NCBI GenBank assembly: GCA_027624625.1
Contig: JAQBWH010000004.1
Span: 16,754-80,753, forward strand
Origin: Verrucomicrobiota bacterium
GTDB lineage: Bacteria; Verrucomicrobiota; Verrucomicrobiia; Chthoniobacterales; JACTMZ01
Length of the DNA: 64,000 nt
Direction: 5' to 3'
Shown here: positions 51,145 through 62,016 of the stretch, piece after piece
How the letters are laid out: each line of letters opens with the position of its first letter
Position numbering within the stretch: the stretch's first letter is position 1
The notes under the pieces: model-generated
Seen by the model: the letters and a program-made list of their open reading frames with translations, nothing else
The model's database searches: none
Told to the model about the DNA's origin: nothing
Translations under genes and position numbers: made by a program

Positions 51145-51169
51145 AACCGCGCTTCTGCGCGGTTTTTTT
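51145..51169 (+). terminator. Rho-independent terminator-like hairpin in a long intergenic region
   Basis: AACCGCGC-TTCT-GCGCGGTT followed by TTTTT. Confidence 0.55.
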
Positions 51170-51339
51170 GTGGGTATTTATGGTTACACTCGCGCCGACC
51201 GCTTGGGCCGACATCTTGCAAGCCGGCTTCGACACGAACTGGCTCACCCCCGGCACGAACAACTTCTACCGCGTCATCTTCAGTAACCAGTGAGGTGGTG
51301 ACGCTGGCTAGGCCGGCGACCATGTGTTAGCTTTGCCCC

Positions 51340-52170
51340 ATGAAGCGACTCGTCGCTTTCCTGTTCATCGGTATTGCTTCTGCCGCAATCGGACAGGAAT
51401 TGCAGAAATTCGAAAACTGCAGCCTCGTGGAAGCGGGTTGGGCGGATGGCGACAGCTTTCCGGTCAAGTTGCCCGACGGTCGTGAAATCATCCTGCGGCT
51501 CTACTACGTCGATTGCAACGAGACCTCGGCCACGTCGGAGACCGATCAGCGCCGGGTGCGCGGCCAATCCTCGTATTTCGGGATTGATGACCATCAAGTG
51601 ACCCTGGCCTCCGGACGCCGCGCGGCCGAGGAATTACGCAAGATGCTGGCCAAACCATTCACCGTGCACACCGCGTTTGCCGCCGCCCCGGGGCGCTCGG
51701 CCAAACCCCGCACCTACGGGTTTGTCACCTTGTCCGACGGACGCGACCTCGGTGCGGTGCTTGTCGGGGAGGGCTTGGCGCGGAGTTTTGGTCTCCGGCG
51801 CGGCACACCGGACGGCCTGACCACCGATGCAGCCGAGGCCCGGATGGATGACCTCGAACTTGGCGCCGCCATCGCCCGGCGCGGGATCTGGGCCGAGACG
51901 GATGCACAACGCCTCATCTCTCTGCGTGAAGCGCAAAGGGCGGAAGAGCGGGAACTGCAGGAAGCTTTCGGCCCGAGAGCAGGGGAACCGATCGACCCCA
52001 ACACCGCCTCGGTCGACGAAATCATGCTCCTGCCCGGTATTGGCGAAGTGTTGGCCGAGCGTATAGTCAAAGGTCGTCCCTACAAGACGATCGACGATCT
52101 CCGCCGCGTGCCCGGAGTGGGGGATAAAGTTTTCGCCAAGTTACGGGATTCCCTGCAAATTGCCCCCTGA
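51340..52170 (+). CDS. Secreted thermonuclease (SNase-like) domain fused to a ComEA-type helix-hairpin-helix domain
   Basis: Signal peptide; ADGDSF, LRLYYVDCNE, LVGEGLA, A.ARRGIW; C-terminal IDPNTAS..E...LPGIG..LAERI...VPGVG. Confidence 0.82.
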   Translation: MKRLVAFLFIGIASAAIGQELQKFENCSLVEAGWADGDSFPVKLPDGREIILRLYYVDCNETSATSETDQRRVRGQSSYFGIDDHQVTLASGRRAAEELRKMLAKPFTVHTAFAAAPGRSAKPRTYGFVTLSDGRDLGAVLVGEGLARSFGLRRGTPDGLTTDAAEARMDDLELGAAIARRGIWAETDAQRLISLREAQRAEERELQEAFGPRAGEPIDPNTASVDEIMLLPGIGEVLAERIVKGRPYKTIDDLRRVPGVGDKVFAKLRDSLQIAP

Positions 52171-52200
52171 GCGTTATGCAGGCTACGAAATGCCGGAAAT

Positions 52201-52331
52201 TTAACCACGGATGACACGGATGGCACGGATACCGGAACAATTCGGGGTGAAAATCCGGCGCAGTCACCCTAGCACTTTCCGCCTTTTTCCTTCTCTGAAT
52301 CATCTGTGAAATCGGTGTTATCCGTGGTTAA
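52201..52331. repeat. Inverted arms built from 9-nt CACGGATnn tandem units
   Basis: TTAACCACGGATGACACGGATGGCACGGAT (52201-52230) ... ATCTGTGAAATCGGTGTTATCCGTGGTTAA (52302-52331). Confidence 0.75.
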
Positions 52332-52357
52332 GAAAAATGGCTTTTGCTCAGTCTAGT

Positions 52358-53626
52358 ATGGAAAGCTTTTACTCCTCCGACCCTCTTTTCCGCATGGCCG
52401 CGAAGCAATTCGAGGTGCTGGCCGATCACCTTGAGATTCCGCAACAATACCGTCAGCGCCTGATCCAACCCAAGCGCTCGGTCACCGTTTCGCTCCCCAT
52501 CAAGCATGAGGATGGCCGAGTGGAAGTGTACCACGGTTACCGCGTCCAGCATCACTTGAGCATCGGACCGACCAAAGGCGGCACGCGTTTCTCGCCGAAT
52601 CTTACCCTCGGCGAATCGGCGGCCCTCTCCATTTGGATGAGTTGGAAATGTTCCTTGGTCGGCTTGCCCTATGGCGGAGCGAAAGGCGGGGTGGCCGTCG
52701 ACCCGAACAAACTGACCCGCGGTGAACTGGAAACACTTTCCCGCCGCTACATGCAGGAAATGATCCCGTTCGTCGGCCCGCGCACCGACATCATGGGTCC
52801 CGACATGGGGACCAATGCGCAGGTCATGGCCTGGTTCATGGACACCTACTCGATGCATGCGGGCCATGCCGTCCCGGAAATTGTCACTGGGAAACCCGTG
52901 GCCATCGGCGGGGTGGCCGGTCGGCGCGAGGCAACCGGTCGCGGCGTGGTCTTCCTCATCGAGCGAGCGCTGGACCATCTCAATATCAAGCCGTCGGAAT
53001 GCACCGCTATCGTGCAAGGCTTCGGCAATGTCGGATCGGTCACCGCCTGCGGGCTGGCCTACCGGTCCGGCATGAAGGTGACCGGCCTGAGCGACCACAC
53101 GGTGTGCCTTTACGATCCGAAGGGTTTCGATGTTTCCGCCGCGGATCGCCATGTCCAGGAGCACAAAACGTTGAAGGATTTTGCCCAAGGCGAGCGGGTC
53201 AAGCCGGAGGATTTCCTGTCCCTGCCCTGCGATGTCTTGGTGCCCGCTGCCGTCGAACGGGTGATCGACGCCAGCCAGGCCGCCACACTCCGCTGCCGCG
53301 TGCTGGCCGAAGCGGCCAACGGTCCGACCACGCCAGAGGCGGATGAATTGCTCGACCAGCGCCGGGAGGAGATTTTCGTCATCCCCGACGTCCTCTGCAA
53401 CGCGGGTGGCGTCATCACGTCCTACTTCGAATGGGTCCAGGACATGCAAAGCCTGTTTTGGACCGACATCGAAATGACCGACCGCCTCTACCGCATCCTT
53501 GACACCGCTTTCAATGCGGTGATCAAGCGCTCGAAGGAGCGCAAGGTGGCCAACCGCACCGCGGCCATGGCCATCGGCATCGAGCGCGTGCTCGAAGCCA
53601 AACGGGACCGCGGGTTGTTTCCGTGA
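52358..53626 (+). CDS. Glu/Leu/Phe/Val dehydrogenase (glutamate dehydrogenase-like)
   Basis: GYRVQH, GPTKGG.RF, LPYGGAKGG, PDMGTN, VTGKP, QGFGNVG, EAANGP, SYFEWVQ. Confidence 0.93.
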   Translation: MESFYSSDPLFRMAAKQFEVLADHLEIPQQYRQRLIQPKRSVTVSLPIKHEDGRVEVYHGYRVQHHLSIGPTKGGTRFSPNLTLGESAALSIWMSWKCSLVGLPYGGAKGGVAVDPNKLTRGELETLSRRYMQEMIPFVGPRTDIMGPDMGTNAQVMAWFMDTYSMHAGHAVPEIVTGKPVAIGGVAGRREATGRGVVFLIERALDHLNIKPSECTAIVQGFGNVGSVTACGLAYRSGMKVTGLSDHTVCLYDPKGFDVSAADRHVQEHKTLKDFAQGERVKPEDFLSLPCDVLVPAAVERVIDASQAATLRCRVLAEAANGPTTPEADELLDQRREEIFVIPDVLCNAGGVITSYFEWVQDMQSLFWTDIEMTDRLYRILDTAFNAVIKRSKERKVANRTAAMAIGIERVLEAKRDRGLFP

Positions 53627-53649
53627 TCGGTCAGGAGATTGTGGAGCGG

Positions 53650-53667
53650 GGCCGGTCTCAGCCGGCC
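53650..53667. terminator. GC hairpin between convergent dehydrogenase and xth genes
   Basis: GGCCGG-TCTCAG-CCGGCC. Confidence 0.4.
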
Positions 53668-53727
53668 ACGCTCATATCCTCTTAAATCTTCTTCAATCTG
53701 TGGCTGCTCCCGTTTGATTGCTTTGCT

Positions 53728-54486
53728 TCAGCGTAGTTCCAGCACGACCGGGCAGTGATCCGAGCCCGGCACGTGCGGCAGAATCTGCGCGGCTTTGACC
53801 CGTGGTACGAGCTCAGCCGAGACAAGAAAGTAATCGATGCGCCATCCGATGTTCCGCGGTCGCGCGCCGTTCATGTAACTCCACCAAGTGTAATGCCCAT
53901 TGCCTTGGGTGAAGAGGCGGAAAGTGTCGACCAAGCCGGCATCGACCAGTGCCTGGAATGCCGCCCGTTCCTCGTCGGTGAAACCGGCGTTTTTCCGGTT
54001 GGTCTTGGGATTGGCCAGGTCGGCTTCAGTGTGGGCGACATTGAGGTCGCCGCAAACAATAACCGGCTTTTTCTTCTCCAGCTTTTTGAGGTAAGCGCGG
54101 AAAGCCGGCTCCCATTCCCGTGTCCGGTAGGCAAGGCGGGTCAGTTCGCGCTGGGAATTCGGGGTGTAGACATTGACCAAAAAGAAATCGTCGTATTCCA
54201 GCGTGATGACGCGCCCCTCGCGGTCGTGCTCCTCGATCCCGATGCCGTTGGTGCTGCCTTGCGGTTTGCTTTGGGCGAAGGTCGCCGTGCCGGCATAGCC
54301 GGGTTTCTCCGCGGAGTTCCAATGCGGCGCGAAGCCCCGCGGCCAGGTGACCGCGGCGACTTGCTCGGGTTTGGCTTTGATTTCCTGCAGGCAGAGCACA
54401 TCGGGTTTTTCGGCGGACCAGAATTCGAGGAGGCCTTTGCCGAGGACCGAGCGGAGGCCGTTGACGTTCCAGGAGATGAGTTTCAT
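53728..54486 (-). CDS. xth: Exodeoxyribonuclease III
   Basis: SWNVNG, CLQEIK, GDLNVAH, YTWWSY, GWRIDY, SDHCP. Confidence 0.96.
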   Translation of the reverse strand: MKLISWNVNGLRSVLGKGLLEFWSAEKPDVLCLQEIKAKPEQVAAVTWPRGFAPHWNSAEKPGYAGTATFAQSKPQGSTNGIGIEEHDREGRVITLEYDDFFLVNVYTPNSQRELTRLAYRTREWEPAFRAYLKKLEKKKPVIVCGDLNVAHTEADLANPKTNRKNAGFTDEERAAFQALVDAGLVDTFRLFTQGNGHYTWWSYMNGARPRNIGWRIDYFLVSAELVPRVKAAQILPHVPGSDHCPVVLELR

Positions 54487-54497
54487 GAGTTGGGGGA

Positions 54498-56911
<2,414 letters not shown>

Positions 56912-56984
56912 GGAGACAAAGAATATGGATGGCGGGAAGCGGAGAAGGAAGATGTTTGCCGTGGCGATTTTTGAGCAGGCGCGG

Positions 56985-57215
56985 GTGCTCTCCCCGCCTT
57001 GGCCCAACGGGGAGCGGGGCGGTATGGGAAGTTGGCACGCTGATTGCTTTATCCATAGTAGATCCGACTGGGTGGATCGAAACACAGGGGCCACCGCCCC
57101 GCAGCCTGATTGGTTTTGAGCTCATTGAATCCGGGGGGAATTTGATGGCGGGACCAGTCAGGCTGCTGCGTCTCCGGTGACCGTGCAAGCGGGTCACCGC
57201 TTCCGGCCAGAGCAC
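56985..57215 (+). ncRNA. Candidate multi-branch structured RNA (unassigned family)
   Basis: Five mutually compatible helices forming one junction (detailed in findings); G-U pairs favour the + strand. Confidence 0.4.
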
Positions 57216-57240
57216 ACCTTTGACCTATGGGTCGCGGCTG

Positions 57241-58047
57241 TTACTCGGCGGAGAACGCATCGGCCCTCTTTTGCAAGGCCGGGTGGTCGAGTTGGACTCC
57301 GATGAGGACCGCGGTGGGATTAAGGACGGAGGGCTGGTTGAGCCGCAGGGCGGTGGCGCCCCATTTGTGGTCGTCGGTTTTTTCGACGAGGAATTCCGCG
57401 TCGGGTTCATCCGTGAAGCGGGCGATGGCTTTGACGCGGAGGATTTCCGGCGGAAGGGTGTCGATCCAGCGCAGGAGGTCGTCGCGGCGGACCATTGCCG
57501 GCAAGGCGAGCGTGGTGGCGACGAAGTCGTGGGCCAGGGTGTGCTCGGGGGTCATGGCGAAATAGACAGCCTTCCCAGCGGGGGGGGGCGGCGCGGCGGG
57601 TTCGTCGGCGAAGCGGCGGAGGAGATCGAGCAAAGATGCGGCCTCGGCGAACGCGGTGCGCGGGTTGAGTTTTTGCAGTGCGGCGCGGACTTCGTCGCGG
57701 CGTCCTTCGTCGACGCGATCGGTCCATGTCATCATGAGATGACTGGCAGTGCGGGCTTGCCAGCGTTCAAGCTCATTGTGCCAAAAACGTTTTTGCCAGC
57801 GGTGGGTGTTGACCAGGCTGACTTGAATAACGGGGGCGAACCGGGCCCGGACTTCGGGTGCGGTGGCGAGTTGGGCCAGCAGCGTGGAGGGATCGGCCGA
57901 GCCGCTGGCTTCGAGCAGGACGGCTTGGCGCGGCGCGTCGGGCACGGCGGCGAGGGCCTCCCGCAGGCTGTCGAGCGAATCTCAGCAGACGCAATGTCCG
58001 CTCAGCGGCTGGACGGAGCGTTGGGGCGCTTGCAAAGACGAAGGATC
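57241..58047 (-). pseudogene. COG0523/CobW-like GTPase lacking its N-terminus, with an in-frame TGA at 57984-57982
   Basis: Frame reads [31 protein letters not shown]...[10 protein letters not shown]...TWTD...LNP...ILRVKA (CobW C-domain-like); no P-loop or start codon. Confidence 0.7.
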
Positions 58048-58444
58048 GTGACCGTGGTGTCGAGGCGGGTGATGTCCAGCAGTCCGTTGCCTTCCTCGTC
58101 GGCGGAGGCGAAGGTCTGCGCGACGGGGATAGGTTCGGAATGCCGGTTGACTCGATGAGCAAGTAATCGAAGCTTCCTTCGCGGGCCAGGCGCGAGACTT
58201 CCTTGAGCAGGTCGTCGCGTAAGGTGCAGCAGATGCATCCGTTGGACATCTCGACGAGTTTCTCCTCGGTGCGGCTGAGTTCGGCCCCGCCGTCGCGGAC
58301 GAGTTCGGCGTCGATGTTGACCTCGCTCATGTCGTTGACGATGACCGCGACGCGCCGGCCTTCGCGGTTGTTGAGGACGTGGTTGAGTAGGGTGGTTTTG
58401 CCGGCGCCGAGGAAGCCGGAGAGGACAGTGACGGGTAGTTTCAT
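58048..58444 (-). pseudogene. ZigA/YciC-type COG0523 zinc metallochaperone, frameshifted and truncated
   Basis: [41 protein letters not shown]; one base missing at ~58138, after which [10 protein letters not shown]...RLDTTVT continues in another frame and then breaks off. Confidence 0.85.
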
Positions 58445-58516
58445 GGCGAAGGATGAGGGATAGAAGAGAGGGCGGGGACTTGAGTTGGAAAGTTGAGTGA
58501 GAGGGTGAGGCGGGGC

Positions 58517-59113
58517 CTAGCGGACCGAAGTAGAGGCGCGGAGGATTTCGCGGGGGCGTTGTTGGGTGCTGGGGTTTTCGAGGAAATGGAGGAGCCAGTC
58601 GACGGCTTGGGCGGGTGAGAGCCAGGGGCGGGCGTGGCGGAGTTTGACGTAGCCGCGCCAGCACTCCTGGCGCCAAGCGGTGCCGAGTTCTTGCGCGGCC
58701 CATTTTTCGTAATCGATCCACCAGCGCAGGAAGGCTTCGCCGGCGAGGAGGATTTCGTCCGTGCTGCCGCTGCGCAGGCGGGACATGTCATAACGGCCGG
58801 GGGTCATGGATCCGCTCGCGAGGAAAATGCGGTGGCAGCGGCGGATGTAGAGCATGCCGGTGGCCTTGGGATCTTGCGAACGCCAACCGGCGCAAAAGCC
58901 GTGAAGTTCGATCCAACCGCCGCCTCGTTCGATGCGGTAGAGGCTGCTGCCTTCGCCTTCATTGTTGATCCGTGCAATGCGTTGCAGTCCGGCGCGAAGG
59001 AGAGCATTGCCCTCCGGATGACGCACATCGCGTCCCCAGAAATACATCTGCTGGGCGAGTCCGTCGGTCAGGTCGCGGATGAGTCCGCGCAAGCGCGAGT
59101 CGGGTGCGTTCAT
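58517..59113 (-). CDS. Hypothetical protein
   Basis: ~198 aa, Trp/aromatic-rich (QQMYFWGRDV.HPEGN.L, GSSLY, LHGFCAGW, YEKW); co-oriented with its neighbours. Confidence 0.7.
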   Translation of the reverse strand: MNAPDSRLRGLIRDLTDGLAQQMYFWGRDVRHPEGNALLRAGLQRIARINNEGEGSSLYRIERGGGWIELHGFCAGWRSQDPKATGMLYIRRCHRIFLASGSMTPGRYDMSRLRSGSTDEILLAGEAFLRWWIDYEKWAAQELGTAWRQECWRGYVKLRHARPWLSPAQAVDWLLHFLENPSTQQRPREILRASTSVR

Positions 59114-59173
59114 GGGCCAGGTCGGAGGGGTGGGAGGCTGGCGCCTCCCGCCCGACAACCAAAGTTGCCGAGA

Positions 59174-59902
59174 TCAGCTCTGGCCGCTGCGTCGACGCCA
59201 GCCTAGGAGGGCGAGCATGCCGGCTCCGAGTCCGACCAAGGCGTAGGTCGATGGCTCGGGAATGACATTGTAGGTCAAGGTCTGAGGGTCGCTGCTGATT
59301 GTAGATCCACTGGTCAAAGTAGCACTGGCGACAAAGGTGACTCCGTAGGAACCAAACTGGCTGAACCCGAATTGTCCATCTTCGTGTTGATTGACCTGCA
59401 CACTGATAGACCCGTAGTTATTGGTCCCAAGGGTTGAATTCATATAGATGGTGTCGTCCTTAAAGAGGTAGAAATTACCGTTTCCACTGCCCGTGTAGCT
59501 AAAATCCGTCATGGTAAAGATGACCGAGCCAGAGAAACTGTTGGTTGATAGTTCCTCCGCGCTGAAACCGAGCAAGGGAAAGCCTGCCAGCTCAGCTACG
59601 GTTTCGTCCTCTGGAGTGGCCCACAAGAATCCGAGGTCGTTGCTGCCGACTGTGATGTTGACTGGGGCATTGGTGCCAAAGTTGTAGCGAACGGTGGAGC
59701 CGTTCAGTGGAGCGGTTATTTCCTCACCTCCACCAGGCTCCGGATGCTGGGCCAGCTCGGTTTCAAGGGTAGTGACATCATAGTGTGCCGCGATATCCCA
59801 GTGGCCGTTGGTGACGGTGACGGGTGATCCCTCGTCGGCCATGGCGGCTGGGGCGATGGAGAGTACTAAGGAAGCGAACGAACTGATTACTAATTTTTTC
59901 AT
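59174..59902 (-). CDS. PEP-CTERM surface protein with a His-motif (choice-of-anchor M-like) domain
   Basis: Signal peptide; GHWDI, P.LGFSAEEL, H....FGF...G.Y.VTF.ASA; C-terminal VIPEPST + TM + WRRR. Confidence 0.85.
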   Translation of the reverse strand: MKKLVISSFASLVLSIAPAAMADEGSPVTVTNGHWDIAAHYDVTTLETELAQHPEPGGGEEITAPLNGSTVRYNFGTNAPVNITVGSNDLGFLWATPEDETVAELAGFPLLGFSAEELSTNSFSGSVIFTMTDFSYTGSGNGNFYLFKDDTIYMNSTLGTNNYGSISVQVNQHEDGQFGFSQFGSYGVTFVASATLTSGSTISSDPQTLTYNVIPEPSTYALVGLGAGMLALLGWRRRSGQS

Positions 59903-59967
59903 TGACTTTATTTCGTGTGTGTTTTGGTCTTTGTTTTTTTCCGGAGGTCAGGCGACGGCCGGGAAAG

Positions 59968-61146
59968 TCAGGGAGCCGAGAGTTCCGTTCGCACCCGGAG
60001 GAAGGCGCGATCGGTCAGGCTGCCATCAAGCAGATAATCAAACTCGTCAATACCCTCCCGTAGATTGCGCGGTTGACCATGCGGAGTGAGCAGGTCGGCG
60101 CGCCAGGGGCTGCCCTCCAAATGAGCAGAGGCCACGGGCGTGATGGTGAGGCCCGAAGCGTTGGTGCGCTGACGCACGGTGAGGATCCAAGCATTACCAG
60201 CGTCAATGAGCCGCGGTCGGATCAGATCGGCGTCGGGCACGAGGGGATACCCGCCGAAAGCGAATTCCTCTTGGTTGAGGAAGCCGTCGCCATCCGGATC
60301 AATATTTGGCCCGCTAACCAGCGGGTTGGAGGCTTGGGATGGACTGAATTCGAGGTCACGCCAGGCGGTGTATGACAGAGTCGCGGCGGGAATTTGCCAC
60401 TGCTCGATGCCGAAGTAGGCGGGAACGAGCCCGCTCACTTCCTGTCCGGTCGACGCGAGGGTTCCGCGGAGGCGGAAGGTGATGCGATACATGCCAGGAG
60501 CCTTGAAGAGCAAATTCAAATGGCTATGACCTTTGGCGATCATTGCCATCTCAGCGTCAGGATAACCGGGGTCGAGCGTCAGGCGCATCCCCACGTTGCC
60601 CGAAGTAACGGCATAGCCATAGAAGGCGGTGGCGGAGGGCGTGGTGAGGTTTTCCACGGAGTGGACGGTCCATAGGATGCGTCCCCCCCCGCTGCCCGTG
60701 AACGTTCCATCGTCAGGCACTCCATAGGCCGAAAAGCCCAAGTAAAGTGATAAGTTGGCATTGCTTGAGGGAGCACTGGAGGGGAAAATCCAGTAGGTAT
60801 CGCCCACGGCGCCTTGGAAGTCGTATTGGTCCGCGGTGCTGGTGCGTTGCCGTTGGCCACTGGAGGGCAAGTAGGCCACGGCGTCTTTCGGGCCAAACTG
60901 GACCGGTTGGGCAGTGCTACCGGCATCCGGTTGGGTCAGAAAGCCTCCGCTGAAAGTCTGCAAGGTGGAGTTCCATGTGATATTGAGGTCGACGTGGGGT
61001 TCGGGCGTCACTAAGTAACCCGGGCCAACCGTCGGGTCAGAGGCTCTCGCCCCGGCCACACTGCTGACCAGCACGCGGACGTCATTCGCCGGTGAAGTCG
61101 AGAGCGTCACGGTGAAGGAGAGGAGAAGCATAGCCGTTCGTGTCAT
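59968..61146 (-). CDS. Secreted protein with a His-motif (choice-of-anchor M-like) domain and an acidic DxDGDG C-terminal module
   Basis: HVDL, YWIFP, LYLGFS, GHSHLNLLFKAPGMY; YTAW...DPDGDGFLNQEEFAFG; ends RAFLRVR. Confidence 0.75.
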   Translation of the reverse strand: MTRTAMLLLSFTVTLSTSPANDVRVLVSSVAGARASDPTVGPGYLVTPEPHVDLNITWNSTLQTFSGGFLTQPDAGSTAQPVQFGPKDAVAYLPSSGQRQRTSTADQYDFQGAVGDTYWIFPSSAPSSNANLSLYLGFSAYGVPDDGTFTGSGGGRILWTVHSVENLTTPSATAFYGYAVTSGNVGMRLTLDPGYPDAEMAMIAKGHSHLNLLFKAPGMYRITFRLRGTLASTGQEVSGLVPAYFGIEQWQIPAATLSYTAWRDLEFSPSQASNPLVSGPNIDPDGDGFLNQEEFAFGGYPLVPDADLIRPRLIDAGNAWILTVRQRTNASGLTITPVASAHLEGSPWRADLLTPHGQPRNLREGIDEFDYLLDGSLTDRAFLRVRTELSAP

Positions 61147-61149
61147 GGG

Positions 61150-61866
61150 TTAAAATTCGACCGTGATATCCTGACCTGCCTCAAGGCGCTGTTTCATGGT
61201 GGTGGCAGCGATGTTTTGCACGTGTCCGTCGGCAAAAAGATAGTTGGCCGATCCCCGTGTTCCGTCGGGTAATCCGCCACCGAAGGCGTCGGGCCAGATT
61301 TCGCGGCGAAGGCCATTCCACGATCGCATCAGGCCGGAATGGATGTGGTCGGTGCCGGTGGCTGTCCTGTTGGTGTTGCCGAGGAACATGATGATGGCGC
61401 GGGAGGGATTGGCGATGCGAAGGTGACGGTCAAAGACGACCTCTCCCGGAACCAACTCGCCATTTTCGTCGACAAAGGAGTCGGCTTCGACCCGTTCGTT
61501 GAGCAAATAGCTGGTGGCGTGCTTCGTGCGGAGCTTTTGCCCCGCGCGCGGATCGGCCGGGCAGACCCGCACCATGGTGTAATTGGTGCCGAGATAGGGT
61601 TGGAGTTGCTCGATCCAGGTGGTGTCGGGATTGAGGCAATTGATGCTGGGCAGCTTTCCCCTGTTTTCTGCCCCATACAGATGGATACCGGCACCGATGG
61701 ACTTCATGTTGGAAGCGCATTTGGCACGATCGCTGGAGTCCAAAGCACCCCCCACGGCCGGCACGACAATGGCGGTCAGAACAGCGACGATGGCGATGAC
61801 CACAAGCAACTCAACCAGAGTGAAAGCCCGATGAGAATCAGCCAAAAATCGAAAAGAAGTGCGCAT
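61150..61866 (-). CDS. Prepilin-type N-terminal cleavage protein with C-terminal NYLFADGHV motif
   Basis: AFTLVELLVVIAIVAVL, CASNMKSIG, CPADP, SYLLN, DHIH, ANYLFADGHV. Confidence 0.88.
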   Translation of the reverse strand: MRTSFRFLADSHRAFTLVELLVVIAIVAVLTAIVVPAVGGALDSSDRAKCASNMKSIGAGIHLYGAENRGKLPSINCLNPDTTWIEQLQPYLGTNYTMVRVCPADPRAGQKLRTKHATSYLLNERVEADSFVDENGELVPGEVVFDRHLRIANPSRAIIMFLGNTNRTATGTDHIHSGLMRSWNGLRREIWPDAFGGGLPDGTRGSANYLFADGHVQNIAATTMKQRLEAGQDITVEF

Positions 61867-62016
61867 TCTCTTACTCTGGCCCGAAAGTTTGGCAGTGAGG
61901 AGATGCATGGGGACTGTTTCTCAGAGCCGAAATTCAGGCCGAGGTTGGCCCAGAGAAAGTGGCTTGCTGCATGGACCTGCGGGGCCTAAGTCGAGCCATC
62001 GCTGGCCCGGACAAAG

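Noticed and set aside
51075-51169. tracrRNA-like sequence (ATAAGG...GGCACCG...T-run)
   Set aside because: No cas gene, CRISPR array or anti-repeat in the window
57165-57215. tRNA-Sec-like string CGTCTCCGGTGA
   Set aside because: No TCA anticodon arm, T-loop or acceptor stem follows
56985-57215. Cobalamin, lysine, NiCo or ZTP riboswitch assignment
   Set aside because: Diagnostic conserved sequence blocks are absent on both strands
57580-57588. G9 homopolymer as a phase-variation switch
   Set aside because: In frame, within a Pro-rich linker of an already broken gene
58448-58510. Purine-rich quasi-heptamer repeats upstream of the ZigA-like gene
   Set aside because: Too degenerate and short to support as a repeat family from this window alone
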